Assembly: GCA_036785375.1 (NCBI GenBank)
Contig: JAWMAR010000780.1
Location: forward strand, 1-64,000
Reading direction: 5' to 3'
DNA: 64,000 bases
From: Leucoraja ocellata
Taxonomy: Eukaryota
Position 1 is the stretch's first letter. Every line of letters begins with the position of its first letter. Below the pieces are notes generated by a model, which was not told the DNA's origin, searched no databases, and saw only the letters and a list, made by a program, of their open reading frames with translations. Position numbers and translations under genes: made by a program. Below are positions 39,001 to 52,959 of this stretch, piece after piece.

Positions 39001-42000
39001 GGAAACCGAAGATCCCGGAGAAAACTCACGCAGGTCACGGGGAGAACGTACAAACTCTGTACAGACAAGCACCCATAGTCGGGATCGACCCGGGTCTCTG
39101 GTAGCTGCATTTGTTGTAAGGCAGCAACTCTACTGTTGCTCCACCGTGTATTAACATGTATTAACACTGGAAATGCTCATTGTATGTGTGTGAACAATGA
39201 AATGGCCCAGTATGGAAACTGTGTTGGAATTTATGCTCCTAACATTACTGCACCTTTAAAAGCTCGCAGAATTAGAGAAAAATACGAATTCTTATCCTGC
39301 CTTTATCTTAAGCAAAAGCAAAGTTTAGTGTATTGCTCGAGATTCCAGCATCTTTATTTCCTTGTGCATCCCTCTTGCATTTATCTTGTTGCTGTTCGTC
39401 CTCCTCACCAAAGCCTGCGCTTTAACCTGTCAGCAGCAATTTCTCAAATTAGCCCTTTCCAAAATGCAGGTGACAGTGAGTGTTCAGAACTGTACCAGTC
39501 CTGTCACCTGACGCAGACCTCATCTTTAAACCCAACTCATCCCACCTTCTCTGTCCTCAACATATCATGACCCAACATATCACTGCTTCTTCTACAATCC
39601 ACAGGCTGGAAGAGTTTCTCCAAGACTTGAACCCAGAACTTCCGACCCCACATGAATTTGAGAATTTTCCAACAGATATGGCTGAGGTGCAACGGTTAAT
39701 AGACTCGATCTGCAGCATCCCAGGTATGTGAACAATGCATATGTGCACACACACACACTCTTCCCATATGCTCACCCATACAGATCTATCTGTATCTGTA
39801 TCTGGGGAGTATCGCCCCAGCGCAGAGGGAGAAGAGGAGGGAAGAGACTGCAGATCTAAGACTTTTGCCTCCATCACAGTGAGGAGATGCTGGGTGGACT
39901 CACTGTGGTGGATGTTAATATGTGTTTATTGTTGTTTTATTGTATTGTATTATATGTATTGCTGCAATTTTGTTCAGACTTCGGTCTGAATGACAATAAA
40001 AGGCTATCTATCTATCTCTTACACATATACGCACCTACTGCTAATGTGCACACACCTACCGCTCACACACCTTCCACACACACACTCCCACTCACAGACA
40101 AGCACCCCTCGTGCACACACACACACATCCATCCCACTCACACTTACAACCTCCTACACGTGCACACCGACCACACACACCTCCCACAGATACACCCACA
40201 CACCCACTGAACACAAAGTTAGACATAAAGTGCTGGAGTAACTCAGTGGGTAAGGCAGCATCTGTGGAGGCAAAGGGATGGTTGATGCTTTGGGTGGAGA
40301 CCCTACATCAGGACTGAAAGATTAGAGGCGAGGCCACAGCATAAAGAGGTGAGAAGGAGCAGCGAGGCAGGGGTAGACAGGAGATAGGTGGAACCAGGCA
40401 AGGAGTGAGATGATGGGCAGATAGCGCCAGGTGGTGGAAGGGGAGGGTGGAAACGGAGACAGATGCTGGAAGGTGATGTGCAAACAAGGCTGCAGATAGT
40501 GAATGGAATAAATAAGGAAGCCACGGGCTCCAGGCTCCAACTCCTTTCTCATGTCTACATTGGAACACATAATTAATTAAAACCATTGTTAAACAAAATA
40601 ATACAAACAAATTAATAAGCTTTCCCTTGATCCTTTGTCCTAGGATCCCGATTGATCCAGCTGGGTCTCAGTGCTGTTCCAAAACTGAACAGGTGCAGGC
40701 AGGATCAATGAGGTGACTTTCCCCATGTGCCACTAGAGAGCCCAATAGTAAGGCTCTCATTATTCTGCTCCATGTGGAATCCAGTGGCCAAGAAAACAAA
40801 CTGGTTCTGCCGTCCCAGTCTGACAGAATTCCCAGCCTCCACATCTGTGTGAAGCTGGGGCTTGGTGTGAGTTCGACAAGCCAGCAAGGTGCACCCCACT
40901 ATGTTCACTTTGTGAGTAAGGCATTTCATTCTGAGTCCTTGTTGAAACGTTCATCCCAGTAGGTTTCTCCAGAACAAACTCTAGCTAATTTCATGGTGCA
41001 CTAACGAACCCTCCATGCTGTGTGAAGTTACAGGCATCAGTTTGGATTGGATATAATTGGATATAACGAGTTACAGGGAGAAAGTGTCTAATTACAGGTT
41101 AATGTGTTACAGGGAAAGAGTATCTGATCACAAGTTTATGAATAATATAATGTACCCATCATAATGTTAATGGGTTGAAGGGATAGAGTGTGTCCATCAT
41201 CAAGGTAATGAATGGGAAGTTGATTGTACTCATCACTAATTGTGTGAATTATATGAAAAGCGTACTTACCGCCAGGTTAATGGATTAGAGAGTGTGATCA
41301 TAACCAGGTATGTTACAGGTGCAGTGTCTGAGCTCCAGGGAATCTAACACTGGGTTGATGTGCCACAGGAAATGGCATTGGGTCATTTGATTGTGAAGCT
41401 GTGCTCATTACTGACTGGGTATTTGTCTGTGCAGTGCCGTCAGCCCCATCAATGTGTCCCCAGTCTCCCGACACAGCAACCTCCACCTCAGTGAAAGTCC
41501 GTTGGAGCCTCTCAGCCGACGATACTGTGGAACATTACCAGTTGTACTACAGAAAATTAGGAGACAACACACAAGACGAGGGGGCTGCAGGTTTGTATTG
41601 AGGGCAGTGTGGGAATTAGAGAAGTGTGAGTTTTATGAAGGGAACCTTTGACTGCCGACAAATTTTGACAACTGATTTCTGACAAGACAGCTTAAGTTTC
41701 AAAGAATAATCTTATTCATCCATAAAAGTCTGAAGGGGATTGACAGGGTGAGTTTGGGAAGCTGTTCCCTCTGACTGAAGAGCGAGGAGCCTGGGACACT
41801 GCCTCGGGATAGTAGTAGCCATGAGAGGAGGAGAGGTTTGGTTGCTCAGTGGGATTGGAAATCTCTTCTGGAGAATGAGTGGATCGTCGAGCCATAGAAC
41901 TATACAGCATGGACACAACATGTCCTTACTGAGAAACCTGCCATTCTGGGCTAGTCCCATTTGCCTGCATTTGGCCAATGTCCCTCTATATCCTTCCTAT

Positions 42001-45000
42001 TCATTTACTGTCTGAATGTCTTTTGAAAGCTGTACTTGTATCCACTTTGTAACAACTTCTTTCCAGATACAGAGCATCCTCTGAGTGCCCCTGAGGTCCC
42101 TTTTAAATCTCTCCCCCCTCACCTTAAGCTTACTCTCTCCTGTTTGAGAATCCTCTACCCTGGGGAAAAGTGTGAGAGTTTACTTGATTCATTGTCCTCA
42201 TATCTTTGTATTCTTCAATAAATGTCAGCCTTTACCTTACTATGCTCCAAGTAAAAGATCCCAACCTATTCAGCCTCTCCCTACAACTCCGTCTGAGCCC
42301 GCAAGTCCTGGTAAAATGATGGTGAATCTATTCTGCACCCTTTCCAACGTAATGACATCCTTACTATAGCTGGGTGACCAGAACTGCACGCAGTACTCCA
42401 AGTGTAGACTCACCAATGACTTGTACAGCTTCCTGATGTCCCACCTCTTGGTCTCAATACCCCATCCCAATGAAGGCCAAACACCTTTCTCATGACCCAG
42501 TCCACCTGAATCACCACTTTCAGGGAAGCAGGCAACACACTTACATGCTCCACCATTTACTGTGTAAGCCCAGCCTTTGGTATGACACACCAAAGAGCAA
42601 CACTTTATACGTGTTATAAAATGACACTTGATACAACACAATTGTAGGCATAGGGTCAGTCACAATCTTAATGAATGCAGAGCAAGCTCAAAGGACTACT
42701 CCTTAGCTTGCTCCTAGTCCTATTTCTTGTTCCTTGTTCCAGTAATGTGGAGTTCTCTTGCCTTCTTGCACTCATTGGCCACTCAGGCACAGCTATATTG
42801 ACATTGCCACCTTCTGCAGGAGAGAGTGGGCTTGGGGTTGGAGGAGGGGCTCAGGGACAAAGGTGGCGGTTGAGAGCGGAATTCACTCTGAAGCTCCAGC
42901 CATCCCAAATTCCTCGTGCTCTATCTGGGACTCAGCAGAATCTTGTCTCCTGTCTATGCATGAAGCCACATATGATATTTTTTGGTATTAATTCTTCGAC
43001 GGGTTGTTTTGTGGAGCATATAGCACAGATATGGGCCCTGTCAGCCCACCTCATTTATTGCAAACGCATCCATGCCAGCATTACAGCACTGTCCTTGAAT
43101 CAGTTCGGCCCAGCTAACCAAAGTCTGTTCTCTCAGATGCGTCGCTGAGAGTGAAGGAAATGTTCTGTACCGTGAGGAACCTGCAGACTGGCTCCATGTA
43201 CGAGTTTTGGGTCACAGCCTCCAACTCTGCCGGTACAAGTGACGGCAGTGACCGTGCGGTGTTTACCACAGGTAACGTACTGGACGTGCCTCAGGCTGTG
43301 ATCGGGCGGGCCATCGATGGGGAGGTCACTGACGCACTCGGTTCATGCCTGTAATCTATTCAGGTTTTGTGTAGGCACCAAAGTGTTCAGAAGAACATAA
43401 AGTGGTGTGGGACTGTTGGCACAAAGCCAGTAGCCCAGTCTGTGGCATTCAATGCACCAGACCAGACACCACACACCGGACTGGACATCATATTAGACAC
43501 GAGACAACATGCCAAACACCAGATTAGAAACCAGAACATACACCAGTGTAGACATCAGCCAACATAATGGCAGACTAGATGCCAGACACCAGACACCTGA
43601 CCACGACACATCAGCCACAAAACCAGACACCTGTCGACACACTAGCAGATACCAGCAGCACCACCATTTGCCCAGGGGATGGTGGAGCTTGCTTGGTTTT
43701 GCTGCCATTTGCATTTAAATAGTGATTGGGGCTGGATGTGATCATTAGGAAACAGGCAGGCTTCCAACTGTCCTGCTGAAGCCGCTGCTCTGGACATATC
43801 CAGGCCCAACAGGAAAGGAAGGCCATTCTTCCAGGAACCTGGAGAAATCTGTCCACTTGCCCGGCATGGCCGCAGGGTTAGATCCATAGCCGGCAATGGC
43901 TGAGCTGGAAGGTGGGAGCCCAGCCTGACACCAAAACCTCACCTTGCCTCTGTTTCTCAGTTCCAGCAGCTCCGAGCATCAGCAGCAGAGCGGTGGCGGT
44001 GTGCCAGAGTGCAGTGTTCATGGAGTGGGAGCCCGGGAGCAGCCCACCACCGCACTCCTATGCCCTGGATTTCTGCCAAGTCTGCAGTGGCTGTGATTGG
44101 ACAGAATCACTCACAGAGTAAGTGGAGGCCAGGCCATGAGAGGGACTCTGGGGTGAACACTGCTGTCAATAAACCCAGGATCTATCCACCTCCCAGCAAT
44201 AATACGATCTGCTGGAGGAACTCAGCAAGTCCAGCAGCATCTGACGGAGGAAGGAATTGTCATAGTGAATGGACACCAAGGTCCTCTGATCAACATCTTT
44301 CAAACTCTCACATTTAGTGTCCTCGGCACTTCACTCTTCAGCTGGAGGGAACAGGCTCTCTGACTCACTCTGTCAATCTGCTTTAGTGTTTTATGGATGA
44401 ACAAGATTATTCTTTGAAACTATAGTTTTGCTATTAAGTGGGTCCTATTATTTTTCCATATTATATTTCTTCAATAATTTTTTATTATTGCTAAGTTCTC
44501 CATTATTTTAGGTTTGTTTTCAGTTTCTCTGCTATTTTTGTAAAATGTCACCTGCCGCAGGGGCACAGAGTAACTTTTGCTCATCTTTTGCTTTCAATGC
44601 ATGAATAGGAACTATTTTAGCAACTTTGCTTTGATCAAATACCAACTAACTGTGCTTGACAGCCAAGGTTGGGCCACATCCAGTTTGGAGTATTTTGTAT
44701 AATCATTTATATATTGTCATTGCTTCTAAACTGTCATACCTTTGATCATAGTTCCAATCTACCAATCATCATCTTGCACCTCATGCCTTCACTATTTGCT
44801 TTATTCAAACTTAACAGCCTGGTTTCAAATTGAGCTAAATCATTTTCAGTCTGAGGAAGGGTCTCGACTACGAAACTTCACCTATTCCTTCTCTCCATAG
44901 ATTCTGCTTGTCCCATTGAGTTACTCCAGCATTTTATATATATCCTAAATCATTTTTAATCCTGATATAAAATTCTGATCGCTGTTTGTAAAGGGCAACT

Positions 45001-48000
45001 TCACTGCTGGATGTTGATTTTGGCCTGAACTCAGTGACACTGCAGCCAGTGACAGGTTGGATTCTGAAGTCACTCTCCCCATCATTAAGCGGTCACTACT
45101 CGGGTTTGGACCTGTACTTTGGGGAGCAATACCGAGAAAGTAGCAATAGTATGGACAGTCAACATGGAATTATGAAGGAAAATTGTGATTGACAAATCTG
45201 TTGCAATTTTTGACATAATGAGCAGTACATGCAAGAACAATCCAGTTGATGTGGTGTATTCAGACTTTCAATATGCCTTAAAAGTGCTAGAGGAAGTATT
45301 GTGAAACAAAATGAGTGCCTACTATTGTGACAATGTATTGACACAGATTGAGGATTGGTTAATTAAGCAATTAGTTAGGAAAGCAGAGTAGGATTAACTG
45401 TAACCAGCGAGTTGCCCCAGGGATTGATTGATTGTGCACAATCATTTTAGCAATGATTTTACTGATTCGCAGTAAAGTGTGAATATAGAACAGCACAGCA
45501 CAGGAATAGGCCTTCAGCTGACAATGGCTGTGCTGACCTATGCCAATTTACTCTGCACATCTGTCTGTACATGGTCCGTATTCCTCCATTCCCTGCCTCT
45601 ACATACCTCTAAATGCCTCTGAAACATTGCTGTTGTGCTATTGTACGTGAGCGAAACCAAGGGATTTATTCTGATCCAAGGTAGAACGGGTTTGACAGGG
45701 TAAGTATAGGATTGATAATTAGGTGGCCTAGAATGGGGTTACACATTCAGTATCAAGGGGTTAGCCATTCAGGACAGTTTAAAACATTTTTTCATCCAGA
45801 GGGCCATGTGGCTGAATCTCAGTGCATTCAAGGCAGAGATTGAGAGATTTTTGGTGAGTGACTTTAAGTGAGTGACTGGGATGTGTGGGGCAGTGATGCT
45901 CAGCCCTGTTCTCACTGGATGGTACAGCAAGCACGAGCCGAATGGCCTGATCTTGTTTCTGTTTTTTATGTTAGTTGTTGACCCTTTGTAAAACTATGGG
46001 CAATTTTATCTACAGTATTAGTCTTTAATTTTTCCTGTTTTCAAATTCTAGATCTGTGACTGGGATAACTTCATGTAAAGCATTAATAGAACTGGAGCCC
46101 AGTGAAAACTACATCTTCTACCTCAGAGCAGTAAATGGAGGAGGCAGCAGTGAGAGGAGTGCAGCCATAAACGTTCAAACAACAGGTGAGCATTTCAAGG
46201 CCACTCCTGGAGTCACATCCATAGAATGAATCGGTTCCGGCAATGTAATCGGTGCAAACAAACAGTCCTTGCCATACCCATTGTATTATTGTTATTGTAA
46301 GCCAAGGTACCGTTCGAACCATGTGGAGACTGGAATCTAAGATAATGTTTCTGCGACAGGTACTCAGCTTTATCTGATGGAGCAGACTGCGCACCTCTCA
46401 CTCTCAATCTTGCAGGACGGACTGACCATAGTTTATAATGAAGAAAGTCAGCTCACAGACCCACCCACAATCCATGACAGGTTCACCAGGTGAGTCATGA
46501 AGCAAATGTTGAAGTGAGAGATTGTAGATGTGAGCGAAGACTGAACTCCTTCATGGACACTATCTAGGGCAGATGCTTTCCCAATTTATCGTCATGAAAG
46601 TACATCTGACTTCTGCCATGTATGGGAGAGTCAGCTGGGGCTATACCTTGGAACTTTGTTTATCTGTTCATAATGGACGGATTGGGACGGTTGGGTAGAT
46701 GGCTGTTGGGAAGATGGTTCGAAGGGGAGGCTGGTTTGAGGTAGTGTAGTGCATTACCATGAATGAGCAGCCTACTGACCAGTCCGTGGAACAGTCCTGG
46801 CAGTGTTAGACAGACATGGGAATGCCACTTTGTGATGGTGGAACCCACGGGTTCCATGTGGATGTGAACATCTGTAGCTGGTCTTTAGGGAATGGAGAAG
46901 GTTCCTGCAGTTGGTGCCTTTGACCGATTGTCCCAGGAGGCCACTCCTGATTGCCCTCTGGGTCCTGTCAGTGGTCACACAGCTGTGGGCAGAAGAGAGT
47001 CTGACCACGCCTCTGCTCTCACCCCTAGTTCTGCCACCGTCATGGCACAGTTGGTGCCAGTTCGAGGAAGGCATTATTGGGAGGTGGAAGTGGCTGAGGA
47101 CATGGAGTACAGGGTTGGAATCGCCTACACGGACACCCCACGGGATGCTCACTTTGGCTCCAACATCACCTCCTGGTGCATGCGACACATCCTCACCTCA
47201 TCCAGGTAAGTGATGAGCTGCACGTCACTCGGCTCAGAGACAGGAAGCCCACGAACAGCACGATCAGTTCTTAACAGTCCACTATATAAAACATCCCACT
47301 CACTCCTGGGAACCTCTGGCCCATACTTGCCCAGAGTGAAGGAGCAGCAATTGTGTGGCACTGGAAGCCTTCAGACCATGCACTGCAAGCTCAGTGTGTG
47401 GCAGTAGCTGTTTGCTTCCCAAGGACCCGCCCAAGCCCTCCTGCCCCAGCTGCGAGAGAATCAGTGGTCCTCACATTAGCCTCAGCAGCAGTTCAGAAGG
47501 TTCAGAACCAGTGTGAAACTAGATAATCCTCCATACTAAGGGATGGCTACAGGAGAAATGGTGCATAAATGTCAAACTCAGAGATTCATACAGGAATAGG
47601 AGGTAGGGGTTGAACAGGAAAACTAACCTCTCTAAGTAGTAAGTGTTTCTTTGGGGTGGAGCCAACACAAGACAGTTTGGGGAAAATCTGACTTCAATTA
47701 TGAGGGTGTCCCTGTGGAAATTATCTTGAAACTTTGACACCTTCACTGATGTGTTCAGGAGAATGTTTCTTGCTCGAAACTTTGCAAAGCAATGTCTTCG
47801 ACTGTTGCCCAATACCACCCCTGACAATGAGGTCTCCCAGCATGGCCTTGTTCAATGTGGATCACATCCCTCATTCCAAATATTGATGATAATTCCACCA
47901 TTGCCACCTGAGAAGAGGATTCAAAAATCTCAAACTCACCATCAAGCTCCTCATCTACTGGGTGACAGTGATCACTGGCCTGCTCTAAGCTTCAGCAGCA

Positions 48001-48977
48001 TATAGCAGGCACCTTGAAACACTGGAGATAAATCATTAATATCTCCCTCATAACATCTTCCATATCTGGTAGGAGAGAGAAACCATCACCAGTACTTTCT
48101 CCCAACCCAATGATCAGCTTTGAGCCTATGATCATTCTCAACCAGTTCTATCAGGGCAAAACATTTCCCCAGCAGAAGCATGCACTCAAAACCCTCCAAC
48201 CTTTCCAGTCACTGGTGGGTATCTCTGGCCTCAGGTTTTCAGATGGTACCAGCAACTTAGTCCCCATCAATAGGCACTGCTCTCACAGCTTCTCCCCACA
48301 CCTCCATTCCCTTTTGGGAAGTCTGCAAGTCCCATGTCAGTCCACTCCCTCAGACATGCGGCAAATTATCGAGTGCAAGGAACTGCCAGAGGAGGTATCA
48401 CAAGCTCCAGGCACTCACGTTTTTACCTCTTCATAGAGTGATACCATGTGGAAACAGGCCCTTCGGCCCAACTTGCCCACACTGGCCAACATGTCCCAGC
48501 TACACTAGCTTTGAGTTGAGTGTGTGGAGCTTTTTAGTGTGAGGTCTGAGCAGGGGGGTTGTGCAAGCAGGGGGGTTGTGCAAGCAGGGTGGATGTGAGC
48601 AGTGTGGGTGTAAACATGGTGAGTGGGAGTGGGGTGTGAGCTCCATGGATGTGAATTTAGTGAGTGTGAACTGTCAGTCGCTGCAGCCATGTAAGTGATG
48701 CTTCTTACTCTTTTAACTCTGCAGGAGTAAATTTGAATTCCTTCACAAAGGGCTGACTCCAGACTTGAGAATCACTATCACACCAACCAGAATTGGAATT
48801 CTCCTGGACTACGACACAGGAAAACTTTCCTTCTTCAATGTCGACATCTGTCAGCTCCTCTTCACCTTTTCACAGCATTTTCAGAATCTGGTCAATCCCT
48901 GTTTTGCTTTGGAATGTTATGGCATTTTAAAAGTCAGTCACAATATTCCCTTCCCCGCGTTTACAAAACTACTGTGA
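33067..48977 (+). CDS. FSD2: Fibronectin type III and SPRY domain-containing protein 2 (B-box-like, coiled coil, 2x FN3, B30.2/SPRY), complete, 795 aa
   Basis: Exons 33067-33840 (FRFYHMDLY; CQSC..HKHH B-box-like), 34385-34480, 36534-36767, 38474-38496 (23 nt), 39605-39723, 41435-41590, 43137-43271, 43961-44117, 46052-46185, 46360-46489, 47029-47205 ([12 protein letters not shown]), 48725-48977 ([18 protein letters not shown]). Total 2388 nt, in frame. Start ATG inferred as the first ATG after the acceptor at about 33014. Confidence 0.92.
35053..35891. repeat. About 110-bp inverted repeat pair in an FSD2 intron
   Basis: 35053-35162 versus 35781-35891. ORFs on opposite strands both read [17 protein letters not shown]. 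Confidence 0.9.
35908..38316. repeat. About 440-bp direct duplication flanking FSD2 exon 36534-36767
   Basis: 35908-36350 is similar to 37868-38316 (shared gtctaataccttayagaag..cccagagtcctgcaataaataacac..gctgaaaactattgaaaaccaact). Confidence 0.88.
38833..39148 (-). mobile_element. tRNA-derived SINE (HE1-like)
   Basis: Reverse complement of the same SINE: (tttag)n tail, ggaggaaaccgaagatc core, ggatcgacccggg B-box. Confidence 0.8.
39735..40215. repeat. CA-rich low-complexity region
   Basis: Degenerate (CA)n runs. Confidence 0.7.
41890..42530 (-). mobile_element. CR1 LINE 3' fragment
   Basis: [36 protein letters not shown] in ORF 42270-42641. Confidence 0.75.
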
Positions 48978-51900
48978 CATAATCCCGTTTCAGCTGCGGG
49001 TGCAATGTTGGGTTTTAGTTGAAAGGAAAGTCTTCTTTAGAAAATGCAAGTATTTTCAATTTTTGCAACTGAGCCTCTTCCTTGTACAGAGGCTGAGACC
49101 CGAGTCACCACCAGAGGTACTCATTCACCACAAGAACCTAGTGAACTGCACTTCCCAGCTGCTGAAAATAAATTGCACTCTCTCCACCTCCTCCTCTCCG
49201 TCCCTAATATTTTCTTTAATGTTGCTGCTCAGCTTGCCCAACTGCTAAGCAGCTCCCATCACAATGTTAACACGTAGAGGATTGGATAACCAACAATGGG
49301 AAATGTCACAATTTAAATCCTGCTCCAGCAAATGAGTTGGGTGCAAGGCTGACCACCCAGTCGGTTTATGAACGACAACAATCAGAACTCACTATTGGAG
49401 CTACAGTAAAAGCAGGTTTACTTCTGCTGAGTGTCATGTAACGATAAGGATGTACAAATTCAGCCCTAGTAATTCACAGCAGTATCCAGTTGCAATGGAC
49501 AGGATTATTCCAATCATTTCCTCACTATCTGTGAATCCTGGTAATATTATGTGGGAAATGCAGGCTGGCAATTTGAGGTGTGTTGAAATATTGAAATGCT
49601 GATTAAAAATAAATCAGCAACTTAGCAACTAACTGAATCTGATTTATTAAACTGGGGCAAGTGTTCTCTTTGGAAAGGGAATGTTGCTGATATTTCAGAG
49701 ATCAGGCCATTTTGATGAAAGGTCATCTAGCTGAAACATTAACTGTTTCTCACACCCCAGAGGGTCCCTGACCTGCTGAGTGTTATTAATGGTTGATATC
49801 TGGAACACGGTACCAGGAAGTGGTGAAATCAGATATGACCACTACGTTTAAGTGGCATTTAGACAGGACCTTCAACAGGCAAGCCTGAGAGGGATATGAA
49901 CTGGGATTGGTGTAGATGGGTAAAAATATCAACATGGGAGTGAACAGAAAGGGCCATTGTGCTGTATAACTGACTCAATGACCTCCTGTCAACATAAGCT
50001 CCAAGGTTGGGATGTTGGCTGATGACCTCACAATGGTCATTTCTATTTGCAGCTCCTTAGCAAATGGAATAGGAATACTTTATTATCACATGTGACTAGG
50101 CACAGTGAGATTCTTTGCTTGCATACGCAAGGTGTACAAATAGCAGCCACCTACGGCGTTGACCAAGTTACAAAGCACGCTGGCTCCCACTTTTGTCCCC
50201 CCCACCTCTCTCTTGGCGGTTCCCCCAGGCCGGGTCTTTCATTGTTCTTCCCCCTCCTCACCGTGGTCCTCCACGCTCTCATCGCTGCTACTGCGAAGCT
50301 TCACGACCGCGAGGTCCCATAGTCGCAAGGCCTCACTGCTGTTGATGCCCCACTTCACACCTCTGTGGTACCGACCAGGGTACCAGCCACTTCGCCCGAC
50401 CGGGGCTTCTACCCCCGAGGCCCCGGATTAAGGCCTCCGGCCGCATTCCCAGTCTACAGCTGCGGCCTATGGGGAAGCCTTGAATGAAACATAGAAAATA
50501 GGTGCAACGAGCCTGCACTACCATTCATTGTGATCATGGCTGATCATCCACAATCTGTAACCCGTGCCTGCCTTCTCCCCATATCCCTTGATTCCACTAG
50601 CCATGAACAGAGCAAAAATAGAGAGTAAAAGACAAATTAAAGAAAAAGAATGAGCATATTAGCAACTACACAAAAAAATACTGGAGAGTATACTTAAGTC
50701 CTCAAAGTCAAGAACAGGAAAATTACATTCAATAAAGAAAAAGTGGAGGCATTAAACAAATGTCTTGCCCTTTGCTAGAGAAGTCCAGAAACTGATAGGG
50801 AGCTGGGTGCACACTGGAGCCACCAACAACCAGATTGTGATCTATTGCTTGGAAATTCGGCACTGCCCGTCTCCTTTTTGACATGATTTTATAAATATGG
50901 ACTTTTAGATCAGTACCCTGTATTTTAATGTTTCTGAGTAGAACATTTTCTGGAAATAAACAACTGACGTTACAGTGAGAGTTTCAGATGACAAGGCACA
51001 AAGTACCTCAGACTGAGGAACCAGGGCTCAGCTCTGCAATTTCGAGTCAGTCATATAGTATGGGAACAGGCAACTCACTAGTGCCAACCAAGATACTGTG
51101 GGGCCCATTTAAATCTTTACCCTCTCACCTTCCATTTAAGTTCCTCAGTCCAAGACTCCCAATCCTGGGAAAAACTATGACCCTCCACCTTACCTGCCAA
51201 GATTTCTAAACCTCTAGCAGGTCATCCCCTCAGCCTCCTTCACTCAAAGGAAAATAGTCCCAGCACTATCCAATCTCTCTTTATATCTCAAACCTTGCAG
51301 TCCCAGCAAATTTGTTGTGAATCTATTCTGCACCGTCTCTAGCTTAATGACATCCTTCCTACAGTCATTGTTTTGCCCACTTTCCCATTTGATCTAGATT
51401 CCAATGTAGCCTCACACAACTTTCCCTTTACCTTCCCTCTTCAGAACGTTTTGCAGGTGCTCAGAGACATCTAGATCCTGGCAAACAAAGCAGAAGCTCA
51501 CAATCCTGGAGTCTCATATGTGGCTACAGTGAGAACACTGAACGGAGGAATCAGATCCTACATGACAGTAGAAGCACTTCCCTGAAAAAGGGTCCCGACC
51601 CGAAACAACGGCAGCGTCTGGTACCACGGCAGCTAGCTGTATCTTTAGGAAGTTCACAGTTTAAAGCTGATAATGACGATGACATATTAAACACAAACTT
51701 TGGTCATTGCACTTTGAGCGGTTATGAAGGAGGACATTGCATTGGAAAAAAACAAAGACAAGGGCAGGAAATGCCGGTAAATATTTCATTACCTAAAAAG
51801 TTAAAAATACCTAAAGGACACAATATAAATTGTTTACTCCTCTCATCTAGACTAAAATGCATGAATAAATTGTGAATAAGGCAGAATTGGGAGACATCAG

Positions 51901-52959
51901 GGAAAGGTGCTGGCACATAACTTAGTGTGAAAGACAACTTGAGGCCGGGGTGCTGTGGCTGATTTATAACAAGTTAAGAGGAAAAAGGTCATAGAATGAT
52001 ACCGTCTAACTTCAGCCCAACTTGCCCACACCAGCCAACATGTCCCAGCTACACTAGTCTCACTGGCCCGCGTTTGGTCCATATCCCTACAAACCTGTCC
52101 TGTTCATGTACCAGCCTAACTGTTTCTTAAATGTTGGGATAGTCGCTGCCTCAACTATTTCCAAAGGTAACCGTATCAATGCTTGGAAATGTTTGAGTTT
52201 CAAGCACAATACAGATACTAACAGACAGCTTAGCACAGATCTTCCTACATCGCGCCATGAAAAGGCTGCTGCTTTGATATTCTGCAGATCCATTGGGGAA
52301 AATACGAGGTCTGCATCAAAATCTTGTCAATTTATGTTATTTGATAGAATGCTTTGGCTCTTTAGTTATATAAATTCATAGAAAATATTAAACATCTAAC
52401 AAAATAAATAAAGATCATCTAAATCATAATAGTTAATGATCACATTGGAAAAGTTTCCTTTAAAACATTTATCCCGAGGTTCATATATATATACTTTTTA
52501 CAAACTATAAACTGTTATCAGTAGTGCTCAGAAATGAGGGAGTGCTTCTTCCTACGATCCGAAAAACAAGCAGGATACGGGTCCCTACACATCTAGGTCT
52601 CCGACGACAGTTTGCATTCCTCAGTGGCACAGTCTTGTTTAGTGCAGGTGATCAGACAACCTTTGACCCAATGGGTTGTGACAAGACCAGAGGTAGCTAG
52701 CACAGGAAGGAGGTGAGACAGTCAGACTGAGCTTTGACAATTGTGCAGCATATTTCTGCAGCAGTTGGTTTGATTTCTTCATTCTTGCTTGACAACTTGA
52801 CACTGGCGCAGGATGAGTGCTAATCCACAGTAAGAATCACAGCTGAGTAGGAGTGTGCATCCCTGCTATCCCAGTCTCTCTAGGAGGATCATTCTGGACA
52901 AGTCAGAGCAGAATGACAACTCATGGCCTAGTCACTGCTGACAGGAGGATGGAAAATAG

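Noticed and set aside
43440-43665. ccagacac-type short repeats with Thr/His-rich ORFs
   Set aside because: Low-complexity intronic sequence with no splice-supported exon.
49000-52950. SCARNA15/SNHG21, which from recall lies near the FSD2 3' end in human
   Set aside because: I could not find a matching H/ACA structure or U2-complementary guide by eye. An Infernal/Rfam search is needed, so it is not called.
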